DNA of 62,737 nt, the filler included, from Globobulimina sp. (lineage: Eukaryota): NCBI GenBank assembly GCA_003354225.1. It is 35 parts of 35 records of this genome, joined end to end, with 100 filler letters (N's around TTAATTAATTAA, not from the genome) between each part and the next. Parts side by side here need not be neighbours in the genome. Positions count along the whole stretch, not along the records: positions 1 to 1,697 come from PIVH01012996.1; positions 1,798 to 3,494 come from PIVH01012997.1; positions 3,595 to 5,291 come from PIVH01012998.1; positions 5,392 to 7,088 come from PIVH01012999.1; positions 7,189 to 8,885 come from PIVH01013000.1; positions 8,986 to 10,681 come from PIVH01013001.1; positions 10,782 to 12,477 come from PIVH01013002.1; positions 12,578 to 14,273 come from PIVH01013003.1; 27 more parts are not named here. One strand, 5' to 3'. The stretch's first letter is position 1; the number at the start of each line of letters is the position of its first letter. The notes below the pieces were generated by a model that was not told the DNA's origin, did no database searches, and saw only the letters and a program-made list of their open reading frames with translations. Below are positions 1 to 13,046 of the stretch, in pieces. Made by a program: the position numbers and the translations under genes.

Positions 1-51
1 ACAAAACAATAGCAAAAGGCAGTGACGATACCGCAATACTTGACTGGGATG

Positions 52-687
52 CTAAAACAATAACTTTTGAGACTGACCATTTCTCCATTTTTGCCACTTT
101 TGATATTGTTTAATTGAACAATGTCCATCTTGGCCAATATTAACTTTATTTTGTAATTTATTGTTATCATTGTCCCAAATATCCCATTTAAAACAATCAC
201 TCCAATACTTTGTTTCAACATCAATTTCATCATTATTTGGGCAGCTAAATTCGCCAGAATTGAACATTGCCGCTCCCAATGATGTTGAGCCTGATTTTTC
301 TGCGCCTAACCCAACCAAAAATGGTGTTGCTTCCAGCTGTATTACTGACTCATACTCAACACGTATTAATATAGATTCTCTGACATCATTATGCCTCCCA
401 CCACCTATATCTATATCTATCTCAATCTCATTGATTTCATTGTTGCCTTTACCAATAATTAAATGTTGATTTATTTTTTCTAAAAATTCCGATTCATCTT
501 TATTTTGAATATTTTCAATCAAAGGAAAAGTGACAGCAAAGTAGACCACCGCTATTACCAAAATGAACACGATTGCTATGAAAATAACAAGAATGCATAA
601 ACACTTATTATTTGATCTATTGTTTAATTCGTTGTGTGTTCGCTGATTCACAATGAAACGACGGTTGCGGATAGTACGCATTATCAT
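52..687 (-). CDS. Type II membrane sulfotransferase-family protein (partial or intron-interrupted)
   Basis: N-terminal TM anchor, then FLVGLGAEKSGSTSL resembling the 5'-PSB loop, and ETKYW. Confidence 0.6.
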   Translation of the reverse strand: MIMRTIRNRRFIVNQRTHNELNNRSNNKCLCILVIFIAIVFILVIAVVYFAVTFPLIENIQNKDESEFLEKINQHLIIGKGNNEINEIEIDIDIGGGRHNDVRESILIRVEYESVIQLEATPFLVGLGAEKSGSTSLGAAMFNSGEFSCPNNDEIDVETKYWSDCFKWDIWDNDNNKLQNKVNIGQDGHCSIKQYQKWQKWRNGQSQKLLF

Positions 688-832
688 GTTTTTATTTTAT
701 TTTATCAAAACTTTAAAGAGATATTATATATCACATATCCTTGCACAATGCACATGTAATATATTTAAATTACATTTTACAACAAAACAAAAGGGGAAAG
801 CACGTAAAAGTTGAATAAAAGTAGCACAATAT

Positions 833-1502
833 TTATATGATTAAACATGAACATGCCGAGGCATTGCTATTTTGCCGCACTGTATTTAAGTCAAGAACAC
901 CTATGGTATTTTGCTGTGCTTTATGTTTAATTAATTGTTGTACCATTTGATAGAATGCCTTTTCGACATTGTCTGCAGTTTTTGCCGACGTTTCAACGTA
1001 TGATATTTTCAAATTCTGTGCATATTGGTCGGCGTGTTCCACTGTGACTTCTCTGTCTGATAATTCAATATCACATTTATTTCCTATTATCATTTTACAG
1101 ACTTTTGTTGGACAAAATTTGTCTATGTCAGATAACCATTGATCTATATTCTCGAATGATTTGCGATCAGAGACATCATACACAATCATGACGGCGTGCG
1201 CATTTCTATAATATGAAGATGTAATTGTTTTGAATTTTTCTTGTCCGGCGGTGTCCCATATCTGCAATTTTACAATTTTATCATCCACATTGATTGTACG
1301 AAATCGAAAATCCACACCAATTGTTGTTATAAATGATTCATTAAAGGTGTCATCCGCGAAACGCATCATTAGACATGATTTACCCACACCTAATTTATTA
1401 TAGATTATGTATTCATTATATTGTATAATATAATATACACGACATAGCACCTGAATCTCCAATAATCGTAAACTTAAATAAATGATCATAGGCTGTTGTC
1501 AT
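833..1502 (-). CDS. RAB1: Rab1-like small GTPase, 2 exons (intron 1390-1450)
   Basis: Spliced N-terminus MTTAYDHLFKFTIIGDSGVGKS; TIGVDF, WDTAGQE, NKCD, ETSAK; C-terminal cysteines (CSCLII). Confidence 0.9.
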
Positions 1503-1697
1503 CACTGGTTTATAAGTTTTTGACGCCAGAGCTTCTCCTAAAAGGATGAAGTCAAAGTTTTTTACAACTTAAAAACAAGATAACGATTTGCCATTTTTTT
1601 TTGAAAGTATGAAGATTTTTATTGTTTCTGAGAAATGAAGGCATACCTATAATTAACTTTTTTGGCTTAGTTTCGTTTCGTTTCATTTCAACGATTG

Positions 1698-1797
1698 NNN
1701 NNNNNNNNNNNNNNNNNNNNNNNNNNNNNNNNNNNNNNNNNTTAATTAATTAANNNNNNNNNNNNNNNNNNNNNNNNNNNNNNNNNNNNNNNNNNNN
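1698..1797. other. Artificial contig spacer (N-run, TTAATTAATTAA, N-run); recurs 34 times about every 1.8 kb
   Basis: Identical 100-bp spacer with stops in all six frames; contig lengths fall steadily from 1697 to 1694 bp. Confidence 0.99.
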
Positions 1798-3494
1798 GAC
1801 ATTTTCTCCTGTTTCGCCACCTCAATTTCACGCAAAACGCGTTGTTGTTTGAGCTCTTTGTTAAAGGATTTGATCTCAGCGGCATGCTGTTTTTCCAGTG
1901 CTTCCTGTCGGGCCGCTTGCTGTTGCTTTAATTGCTCGTCGTTTTCGCGTAATATCTTCAATTCGTCCAACTGCTCTTTGAACAGATTCATTTCGTCCGC
2001 GTGGTGCTGAGCGACCAACATTTGTTCCGCTAAGTGTTGTTGGTGCGATTTGTTGTAAGATGTATGAGCATCCAACACATCCTTCGACTGCTCCAATTTC
2101 GCACTTTGTCGCTGCATTCCTTTCATTTTTATAAAACATTTGTTATTTGTAATGCACAAATATAATATATTTAATATTAATACATACCACTTTGAAATGC
2201 ATCAATTTGCTCCTTATGCAATTCTTGAACGGTACTGCGAGATTTGTCAATTTTGGTATCAATTTGCTTGATATATGGCACCATTCCTTTTAAAATCCGA
2301 GTATGTTCCTCCAATTCCATGGACTGCTCCGCCAACACATTGGTGGTCGCCTGCTGGTTCATTTTGACTTGAATCAATTTGCGATTTAATTGCGTAACTT
2401 GCGAGGATAGGACTTGTGAGTCGGTGGTACCTTCCTTCTCTACGATATTCTCCACCAATTGCACATATTTGTCATCTTTCATAATTTGCCGGTTTCCTTC
2501 CACGATTTTGGTGGCCGACGTAACCGCATCGATGAAGGAAGATAATGCATTGGACAATGCTGGCAATGATATCAAGATAATTAATGGCAAATAGATGACC
2601 CACATAAACACATAAAATGAGATCACTTCCAAGATAACTTGCCATCGATACAAACGGTTTGTTTTCATTCCGGTTTCAGTCGCTTCATAAATGCGATACG
2701 GCCGATAACACTGCGGACAAATGCCGGCATTCTGCATCAGAGATTTCATAAACTTAACATCCGCTTCATCCAATCTGTAGTTTACAAATAACTTAAAATA
2801 ACGCGAAATATTGCCATTCACTCTCATATAACATCTGCAAAATTGACAATACCGCGCTGTTTCGGCAGTGTTTGTCGCCATTTTCTGCAATAAACCGGTT
2901 TTCTTTTTTAATCGCTGGAATACTCCGCAACATTTGAGCGTAGTCACTTTATTTCGCGCATTTTTATTGGCGGCAAGTCCGGCGTCGTGGTCATAATCAA
3001 TGGAGACAGGAACCAATTTCTCTATATTTAATATGTAGCGTCCGCACGAACATAACCACACTAAAAATTCCATTAAAAACCATAAGACACTGAAGGCAAA
3101 CACCAACACATTGAGTGGTGGCGGAATAATGGCATTGGAATGGCTTAAACCAAACACTTGCTCCGCTCTGGAAAAGTTTACTTGTTTGGCGGTGCCTTCC
3201 CGAATCTTCTCGTAAGTACTCGCCATCATTGCAATCAACAAATTGAGCAACAACACGGTGCCCAACACACTGAAGCCAAACATGTATAGTTTCAACAGCA
3301 ACGACCGGCCTTTGCCCATACAATCATTTGCTTCCAGTATGCTCCATTCGCTTTGGCCCATTAATAGTATGAAATTATACTCCGCCACAATGGAGAAAGA
3401 CTCCAACGAACCGTCAGCCGCACAGAGCTCAGACACATCGCCGGCGATAATAAAATGTGACCCGAAACTGAAGCCAATATAAAAAATGCCAATA
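1798..3494 (-). CDS. TRP-family cation channel, C-terminal part with coiled coil (intron 2120-2187)
   Basis: S6 signature LLLNLLIAMMASTY followed by TRP-box-like VNFSRA; the GT-AG intron joins two ORFs in frame. Confidence 0.75.
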
Positions 3495-3594
3495 NNNNNN
3501 NNNNNNNNNNNNNNNNNNNNNNNNNNNNNNNNNNNNNNTTAATTAATTAANNNNNNNNNNNNNNNNNNNNNNNNNNNNNNNNNNNNNNNNNNNN

Positions 3595-4404
3595 CGCCGT
3601 AAAACACGCATGATGCATTAAATGGATATTGGGATATTTTATGTTGAAATGCAACCATTTGTGAGCTCGATGGAATATAATATCCGATAAGCATAAATTG
3701 AGTGCAATTTTAGCAAAGAATTTCATTAATTTAGTTAGATTCCAATGTGGATGTTTCCAGGAATCAAATTGAGTGACACCAAGCCAACGGACAGTACCAT
3801 ACATACTTTAGATACAAATGTGTATATAATATAGTTGCGGCGTTCAGGAGATTGATCAACAAACAATGGTCGTGTACACGTAGTCGATGAGTAGTTTTTG
3901 GTGGACTTCCAAGAGTATAAAGTATTCAGTGATCAATCTGCTGAACTGCTCCCTCCACACTTACCTTAAAAATATCATATTTACGCTAATAACATTATAA
4001 ATTACTATTTTTGCTGTCGAATATCCATTGGCGACCATTGATTGGTAATTGTGATATGCTGCTTTTGTTGGTGACGTACAGTAATCAATAAACCACCAAA
4101 ATGGAGCCTGTAATGTAGCCAAACATATGGCGTGCTTTAATGTCAATTTTGGAAGTGTTGAAAATAAGATTGGTACAGCAAATACTCCAATAATTGATCC
4201 AATGCATAAAATATTATTACTTAATCGAACAAATAAATATGTGCCACAGTTTCCAAACTCATTTTTTTGCTGTCTTTCATAATAAGTCTTTAAGGAACGC
4301 AATAAATAAAATGATGTAAATCCTCCAATTGCGATCGGAATAATTGGATATGATTGAACAGTGTTTGTTATATTTTTAACGGTAAACCAGTGAAAAACTG
4401 ACAT
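3595..4404 (-). CDS. Fatty acid hydroxylase/sterol desaturase superfamily protein, 3' partial (intron 3806-3964)
   Basis: TM segments, then His boxes DIIFHRAHKWLH and HLMHH; GTAAGT donor and AAAG acceptor restore the frame. Confidence 0.75.
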
Positions 4405-4605
4405 GACAGAAATTTATCTAAACCTTGAGATTTTGAGCCAGAGGAAAATTAGGATACTAAAGTGAATGTCATGTGTCACAATATGATCAAAATAAAGTAT
4501 GGTTAACAGTTAGATCCGGTTGCAGCTGCATTATGATAGATTCATAATTCCATTATTAGTTTTATAAAATGACTTTCTAAGTGTCACAAAATATGTATCT
4601 GCGTT

Positions 4606-5291
4606 ATGACATTAATCCAACCTCATTCAAAATACACATTGAAACTAAAATTAGCTACACTACAAATTAGTTATTACGAATACAGATCACAAATATCATG
4701 GAATGTAATTGTATTATGTACTATTTTTGTATTCCCATTTGTTGTGATACCATTTGATTTAACGTTTTATTTTTATTCAAAGGATCATGAAATCGCCTCA
4801 AGACAACATAGACAGTGGATGAATAAGATTTATTTTTTATTGATATCAATGCAATGGCTTTTCATTTGCACGAAGCGATGGATTGTTCTGTTTATAGAAA
4901 ACCTAAATAACTCTGATAAAGAAAGGATAAAATGTCTGTTAACGAACTATCAAATGACTGCGACGAAATTATTCAAATACCAATCTGAAAAATATCGGAA
5001 ATTATTGCCATTTGTAACGAAAAACGTTTTACCAAAAGAGATTGATCAGTTATTGTTAAGTTTTGCAATCCAATCTGAAGAAAATGCAATGATAGAAATT
5101 AACTGTATGAACCAAACAAGTATTCAAAAGTTTACTTTTTTTTGGATTTATGATAGATGTTCATTCTGCATTCTTGCAATACAAATAATCTGTATATCAA
5201 TTATGCTGTTACTTGTATTGAGTTGTATGCAAGATGTAGTAAGCCATTATTGCGGTGGTTTAGCATCTTTACTGGTGTTTGGAGCATACAA
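4606..5291 (+). CDS. Hypothetical multi-pass membrane protein, 3' partial
   Basis: ORF of over 220 codons with several hydrophobic segments. Confidence 0.5.
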
Positions 5292-6055
5292 NNNNNNNNN
5301 NNNNNNNNNNNNNNNNNNNNNNNNNNNNNNNNNNNTTAATTAATTAANNNNNNNNNNNNNNNNNNNNNNNNNNNNNNNNNNNNNNNNNNNNTTGCATTGT
5401 ATTTATATCTCAATCCAGACTCAAATAAATGTAATAAAAAAATAGTGAATATTATCAAATGTGTCTTGATAGAACTCATACTTTGCATCAATTTGTTGAA
5501 CGAAATCTATGCAACAAAGAACAAGAGGGTTATATCAAGACATTAATCATAAAATACAAAGACTTCATGAGATGATGATGCAAGACTGATATATATATAT
5601 ATAGACACTTTTTGATTCTTTGCTATCAAGACATGGCTACTAGATACCTTGATGACCTTTTTAGTAATTTAAATTGAAGGGCTTGTAGCGTAATTTTTGA
5701 CTAGGCAATTTTCTCAAATTATTATCCTTTTTTCTGTGTCGTCATCATGTCTCCACATAAAAGTCATTAATCATGTATTATAATTCAGAACATAGTAATA
5801 ATTATAATCGGATTCGATTCAAACGTTACTGGTGGAATAGACAAATTTTGTTATAATTACCTTTTATTTCCTTGCTCTGCGTATATTTTGTGAAAAACAA
5901 TAATAGTGACAAACTTTAATTATTATGGAAATAGATTACAATCAAAAAACACAGAAAAAAATTAAAAATAAAATATTAATTATTAAGTTATTTTAAATAT
6001 ACCAATATCCGTTGTAGAAACCAAAAAAAATAAAGAAACAAAAGAAAAAATGAGA

Positions 6056-7088
6056 TTATTGAATAAATACGAAATCTTTAATTAAATGCTTAATTTTATA
6101 TTTAGAGGATTTATCCGACGCAGATTGTGCCATTAAAATGGTTTGTTTGCTTTTGGCAGAATGCATCACGATATATTTTAATGCATTATATACATTTTCA
6201 GATTTTATCATTGAGAGTTGATTGGAATCCAACACTAATCGCCGAATTTGATTGGCATTCAATTCATAATCTTTAATTTCTTTGGCAATGCGTCCGGGTG
6301 TTCCAATTACAATATGCGGCCTCTTCATTGTCATGGCATCCGTTACAATGCCAACAGTATTCTCTACATTGTACGCATCAATCATTGAGGAAAACATTTG
6401 GAATAAGTTATTGCCGCAGTCAACGGTATCAACAACAAATAAACTATCAACCACTCCGTCATGCGGTCGTATTTGGTGCAAGCATGCTAATATACAACAG
6501 GCTGTTTTACCTGATTCTGGTTCTCCAAAATGGACTACATTTTGTCCGAAAAGAAGGCGAGCATAGCATAGCCGTTGCGTAGCGAGCGGCGATTCATAGC
6601 CGAATGAATCGACGAGTTTCATCATATTTCGTGGAAACATTAAATCATTCCACGACCTGTATATTAATAATAACATAGAAATATGCAATTAATTAAATTT
6701 TGGAGCGAGTGAATAAATGATACCGCGCTGGTGTTGCCGGATAAGCTGAATCTAACTCAAAACCATCATTATCCACCAATTCACCGTCAGATTTCATTTC
6801 GGATGCAACTGTTCATATTATTGTTATTTTACAGAGACAAAATATAAAATATACAATGCAAAATAACTACATTTTGATGTGCCATTATTATTTATTGGTG
6901 CTGGGAATATTTGCATCATATCACCACCGGAATCACATAAATGTATAGTTTCTCCATTTTGAAAATTACAAAAACGTTTTTTTTTATTGATTAGTTGATT
7001 GATAAAAGGTATACAATCACCTGGTTTTATTTCGCGGCTATCAACTAATATGACATCACCATCGCCATTTTTAATGGTAAAATATTGC
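6056..7088 (-). CDS. Protein ending in a degenerate eIF4A-like DEAD-box N-domain (introns 6657-6723 and 6809-6870), 5' partial
   Basis: Q-motif-like FGYESPLATQ, ESGKT, HIVIGTPGRI; LVLDSNQ in place of DEAD; stop before any helicase C domain. Confidence 0.7.
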
Positions 7089-7188
7089 NNNNNNNNNNNN
7101 NNNNNNNNNNNNNNNNNNNNNNNNNNNNNNNNTTAATTAATTAANNNNNNNNNNNNNNNNNNNNNNNNNNNNNNNNNNNNNNNNNNNN

Positions 7189-8329
7189 GAAGTCAAATAG
7201 CTCACAATCATAAATTATAGAACAATGCATTTAAAAAAGCAAGAAAACAAAAAGATTTTTTCACTGTGTTATGGATGTTGGTGCAAATACAAACAGTACA
7301 TTTAATTACTTATATTCATAAATATCCATTATCGCTACGCAATGCACTGGAATATGCAATTGGTTATGGCAGGAAAAATAAACCAAAACAATTGTCAAAC
7401 AATGTTAAAAGAATGTATTTAGATTCAATGACACTCGCCACAGTAAATGCAGATTGTATTGTGACTGCATTGAAGATGAAAAAACTCGGTTATAATCCAT
7501 TGATACTTAATTGTGCCAATCAAGATGTTCCCGCTGCTGCAAAATGTAAATATTCAGAGGAAGGAACACAGGAAGAAAATATATTTAAGGTATGACAGAA
7601 AAATGATGGGTTTCAAAACAGTTTTCAGTGTAGCTTGTTTTTCAGGTTACTTCATAAATTTAATCATGTCGTCACATGCTTTGTTAAATCCATAACGTTT
7701 TGAATGTCGTTTAGCGAACTACCATATATTTGTCATTGTGGCCACATAAATATTCAAATCCATTAAAACCCATCAAACCCTATGCGCCATATGATGAGAT
7801 TTGGAGTTTAGAGCAAAAAATGGATGATAAAAAGGAGAAGAAAAAATATGAAATATTTTATCCAATGGATGATAAATATGGCGGTATTTATTCAAAGAAT
7901 GTGTTAATATTTCGAGGCAGTGAAGGGAGTGGTTATGCTCTATTACCATTGCATGAAAGAGGAGTTATATCATTTATATCTGTTGCAGCTGAAGCCCATG
8001 GAGGTGGTGGTTTAGTTGATTTAACTGATAAAGAAATGGAAACATATAAACATAAAATACGAACTATTTATAGGATTGCCTTTGAACATGATCACGATTG
8101 TTTAATTTTAGGTGCTTTGGGTTGCGGTGCATTTGGTAACCCGCCACAAACTGTGGCAAGATTGTTTTATGAGATATTAATCAATGAATTTAATGGCTGT
8201 TTTCAAAAAGTTATATTTGCCATTATTTGGGATCATAATTCTACACCAAAATTAGTTGAATCATTTTACAAATACTTTCCTCAAAATGACAATTTATTCC
8301 GACCAAAACAGCACAGAACTGACAATTGA
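7189..8329 (+). CDS. Bacterial-type PARG macrodomain (TIGR02452/DUF2263-like), 5' partial (intron 7590-7714)
   Basis: LILNCAN...TQEENIFK|RTT across the splice and LILGALGCGAFGNPP. Confidence 0.85.
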
Positions 8330-8985
8330 CTAAGTTTTTAGCACCTGCACTCAGGAAAAAAAAACATCTCAGAGTGGTATATTACTGAATTAAATGTGGA
8401 AAGATGTTAACAACAAAAACATGTTAAAAACAAAAATAATAAAAACCATATTAATACGAAAGTGTATAAAAAATTACTACAAAAAAATAAACATGACAGT
8501 TGGTAATTTATTTGAAATAAATATTAAAAACAATTTATACTATCAACTCAAAAAAAAACAAACAAAAAATAATGGTTGTTACAATTTTCCACAAACAAAA
8601 AGTACAGAGAAGCTATAATAAGATATAATAAATGATGGGAGAATCAATTAAACAAAAAAATAAAGGAAGAAAACAATGGAAACAAAAAAATACAATGTTA
8701 TTCACTGTCTACACTCAATTTCTTTTGATCATAAAAACAAAATGAAGCAAAAATATGGAAAATTATTATGACCAAAAATATCTATGAGATATAGACATTA
8801 AAAAAAATAAAACAAATCAATATATTTAAAAAATATAAAACTGTCATTGGAATATAAAAATGAAAGACAATACGATAAAAAAATCNNNNNNNNNNNNNNN
8901 NNNNNNNNNNNNNNNNNNNNNNNNNNNNNTTAATTAATTAANNNNNNNNNNNNNNNNNNNNNNNNNNNNNNNNNNNNNNNNNNNN

Positions 8986-10530
8986 TATAGTCATCAAATA
9001 ATTTATCATTCACTATTTTATATACATTTATAATATCTACGCTTAACCCGGACAAATTAGTTGATTTTAAAAACTGCTGCGATACGGACAAATAATCAGA
9101 TTTATATATGCTATGACAACCACTTATTTCAAATAACTGTGCTTCTCCGTATTTTAATACTTGTTTATTACGGATATAATCCGCTAATATATCTGAATGC
9201 GGATTGTTTTTAGTTGCTGGGATTGTGATAGCTTTCGGATAACAACAAGTATGCATTCGTGTATGTGTAGGTTGTGATAATGGACACGGATATGATGGAA
9301 TTAATTGCTGTGATTGTCGCGATCGGATGGAATTAATTCGGGTTTGTTGTGCCAATCTTCTTTTTTGATCTCGATTATCAACATACCGTCTATTTGTCAG
9401 CGGTATTGGATAATAAGTAAATGAGGATGGGACAGATTGGAATATGCGATTATTATTAGTATTGTTATGATAATTGGTGTGATTACAATGCATATAACTT
9501 GTCGGAATGTTATGTGGTTGATATATAAGTGGTGGGTTATTGCTATTATTCACTGTGTGATGTTGGTTGTTATTCGCAGTGTAAATGTTATGTAGATGTA
9601 CATGTTGCCGTTGCTGCAGTGGTTTGTAAATGTTATTGCGGTTTGGGGTTATCGCATTTGTTGTGGCGCCGGTTGTATTTGCATGAAATTGTTGATTTAT
9701 ATCAAATTTTGGGATATTGATTGGTGCCATAATGCCTTGTTTATGACATATAGAGGTTAAGACGGATGCAAATTGGGTATCGATAGTGGCTACTTTTGGT
9801 AATAATACATCATTATGCAGTTGATTGTTATGTGTGGTTATAATGCGACATTCCATGCAATTTTTTAGAAACTGTGTATTTACAAAGTGATTAACTGTTA
9901 AATTCGATCGATTAACACAAAAATAAAAACGAATTTATGAAAATAGCTAAAAACAAATGAATGTACCTTTGTAAATAAGCATTGTGTTATTTCGTCAACT
10001 TGAAATCGTCGGTGTTGGTAAGTTGAAAGTGAAGTGATTTGAGTTGCAATCATTGAATAATGCTATATGTAATGTGCGTAAATATAGGAAGGATAACATA
10101 AAGATAACCAAATATGTATAGCTCAGACCTGTTGTACTCTGGTTGAAAACGATGCAATTAATGAAGATATTATGTGATCAATGCGATGGTTTTTAGTGTT
10201 ATTGTGATTAAAATTTGAATTTGTGCTGATTGGATTGAAACGAAAATAGTATTTGTCAATGTTTAGAATATGCAAAAAATATTCGTTGAAATATGATATT
10301 GATTCATTGACACAGATTGTGGCGTATTTTATAATCAAACGTTCAATATACGATTGTTGTTGTCGTTGCATTGAGTCTCTAGTTTGCATATTGTATGTTT
10401 TTGATTGATTGGATTGATGCATCATAATGATAGATATGTAGCTAAGTGTATAATGTATATTGTTGCCGTTTGTTGAGATATGATTAATATTAGTGTTGTT
10501 TTTGAGAGGAATAGGATTAAAAGAGGACAA
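8986..10530 (-). CDS. Multi-exon low-complexity protein entering a probable PARP/ART catalytic domain at the contig edge
   Basis: SDYLSVSQQFLKST...IINVYKIVNDKLFDDY resembles the start of PARP catalytic domains; exon boundaries approximate. Confidence 0.45.
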
Positions 10531-10781
10531 TTTTGAACTGGAAAACCACTAAACAGTATATCCCATTAGACTATGCTCAACTAAGTTTTTTTCGAGACCG
10601 TTACATTTCAAGTCTACTTATGTCTAAGAGGATTGCTTGCCAGCAGCGTGGATTAATAAATAGTCCTCACTCTATTGCCTCNNNNNNNNNNNNNNNNNNN
10701 NNNNNNNNNNNNNNNNNNNNNNNNNTTAATTAATTAANNNNNNNNNNNNNNNNNNNNNNNNNNNNNNNNNNNNNNNNNNNN

Positions 10782-11880
10782 CCGGTACACCTATGTGCCG
10801 CTTATTGGTTTGTTTATCATCATTGCATGGGGTGCTCCGGACCTTGTGTCCCGATGGCGCTATAAAAAGGCAGGGCTTGCCATAGCGGGCTCAATCGCTT
10901 TAATAATCCTGGCTGCAACTGCCGTATTACAACTGAGGCATTGGAAAAACAGCATAACTCTGTTTGAACATGCCCTCCGTGTAACTGCTGATAATTCCGT
11001 TGCCCACCGCTGCTTATGCGTTGCCTTTGCTAAACATGAAAAGCTTACCGAGGCCGCCGGGCATTGCTCTGAAGCACTCAGGATTAGCCCCGAATTTGCA
11101 GGTGCACACGAAACCTATGGAGTCGTTCTCACAAAACAGGATAAAATTACGGAGGCAATCTATCATTTTTCCGAAGCCCTGAGAATAAATCCCGGATCGA
11201 CAGTAGCTCACACCAAACTGGGGACTATTCTGAATAAAAAGAGTCGAATTGCTGAAGCAATCTATCATTTCTCAGAGGCATTAAAAATTAACCCGAAATC
11301 CGCAGATACACACTTTAACCTGGGCAATGCATTTGTGAAGCAGAATAAACCTGCTGAAGCAATCAAGCACTATTCAGAAGCATTGAAAATAAAACCTGAA
11401 TCTGCAGATACACACTTTAACATAGGCATTGCATTTGCGAAGCAGAATGAACTAACTGAAGCAATCAAGCATCATTCAGAGGCATTAAGGATAAACCCCG
11501 GATTTGCCAGGGCACATAACAATTTGGGCGCCATCTTTGATAAGCTAGGGTTGACAACAAAAGCGATCAACCATTATAATGAAGCAGTGAAGTTAAAATC
11601 CGACTATGCTGATGCCCATTACAACCTGGGCAATGCTTTCAGAAAGCAGGGTAAGAGTACTAAAGCAATCAGGCATTATACTGAAGCCCTGAGGATAAGT
11701 CCGGAATCTGCGAAGGTGCACAACACTCTGGGAGCTGTGCTGGCCAGCCATGGCAGAATAAATGAGGCAATCAGGCATTTTTCTGAAGCGCTTCGTATAA
11801 ACCCTGAATTTGGAGTTGCGCAAAAGAATTTGAAAAATGCCCTGTCAAATCAGGGTAAAACAAATAAGGCAGGCAATTAA
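10782..11880 (+). CDS. Bacterial membrane-anchored TPR protein (TMTC-like), 5' partial
   Basis: RYTYVPLIG...WKNSITLF, then about nine 34-aa TPRs (EAIxHYSEALxIxP); intronless, higher GC. Confidence 0.9.
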
Positions 11881-11882
11881 TA

Positions 11883-12477
11883 ATGTTGAAAAATTATTAC
11901 TACCAACTGCTGTCCAAATACATTTCGGTTTATGCAAGACCCGGTGATAAAGTACTGTTTGTTGAGCCAAGAAACAGAACAATATTAAACAGGTCCCTCC
12001 CTGAAGATGTTCTTGTCGTTACAACAGCTCCGGAACCGTTTGATGACTTTAGTACAGTTGAAGATATCCCGAGTGCCAGTGAGTGGAAGCCGGATTATAT
12101 CATTCTTGACGCCACACTACAAAGAGAAGCGGATATTATTGAATTTCTGAAAGGTATCCATTCTATTTGCACATCTTCCACTCGTATTATCATTACTTAT
12201 TACAGCATGTTGTGGAAGCCGATGGTAAAAACAGCAACAGTTCTGGGATTGCGTGAAAAGGTACACAGAGAAAACTGGATCACCCCGGAAGACATTTTAA
12301 ATTTATCTCGACTGACTGATTTTGAAAGAATCAAACGCCAGTCACGCATATTGATACCTGTACAGATCCCATTTCTCAGCAATTTTGTTAACCGCTGGTT
12401 TGCCCCAATGCAATTTTTCAATTTCCTTTCCCTTCTTAATTTTGAAATTCTGCGGCCAATTCAAGCAACAACCGACG
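11883..12477 (+). CDS. N-terminal methyltransferase-like domain of a probable bacterial bifunctional methyltransferase/GT2 protein, 3' partial
   Basis: Starts 2 bp after the TPR gene stop (operon-like); DYIIL, RIIITYYSMLWKP and ENWITPEDI motifs. Confidence 0.6.
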
Positions 12478-13046
12478 NNNNNNNNNNNNNNNNNNNNNNN
12501 NNNNNNNNNNNNNNNNNNNNNTTAATTAATTAANNNNNNNNNNNNNNNNNNNNNNNNNNNNNNNNNNNNNNNNNNNNCCTCCAGAGTCCAGACACGCAAA
12601 AACTGAACTGAGCAGCACACAAATTGTGAGTCATAAATTTGGAATATTTGACAAAGTAAACAGCCATGTTTTATAATAGCTATTAGCTAAATAATGCATT
12701 ATTATATATATATCCCACAAAACGCTTAATATCCATGGCCAGGACATGAAAAATTATAGTTTCCAATATCAACAACAAGGGGTGGTTCATTACTGAACGT
12801 ATATTTTACATTTCCTCCATTAACATCATTTATAATTTCTTGATATGCCGTTACAATATCTTTACCAACATCAGTTTTACAAATATTTATTCAAACTTTC
12901 TGTTTGCCTTCATTTTTGTGTACAGAGTGGTTTTTGTTTGTTAGTAAAAAGAAAAAAACTTTGTGCAAGTTTAGCAAAAAGAGGGGAAAGTGTTTGTACT
13001 TTGCCAAGAAGCAAAAGTTTAAATATATGTTCCTATTCAATTCATA

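Noticed and set aside
7189-10530. PARG next to a PARP-like gene as a toxin-antitoxin or ADP-ribosylation module
   Set aside because: They are on different contigs, adjacent only because of length sorting
10795-11880. 102-bp nucleotide periodicity as a DNA repeat system
   Set aside because: Fully explained by 34-aa TPR coding repeats
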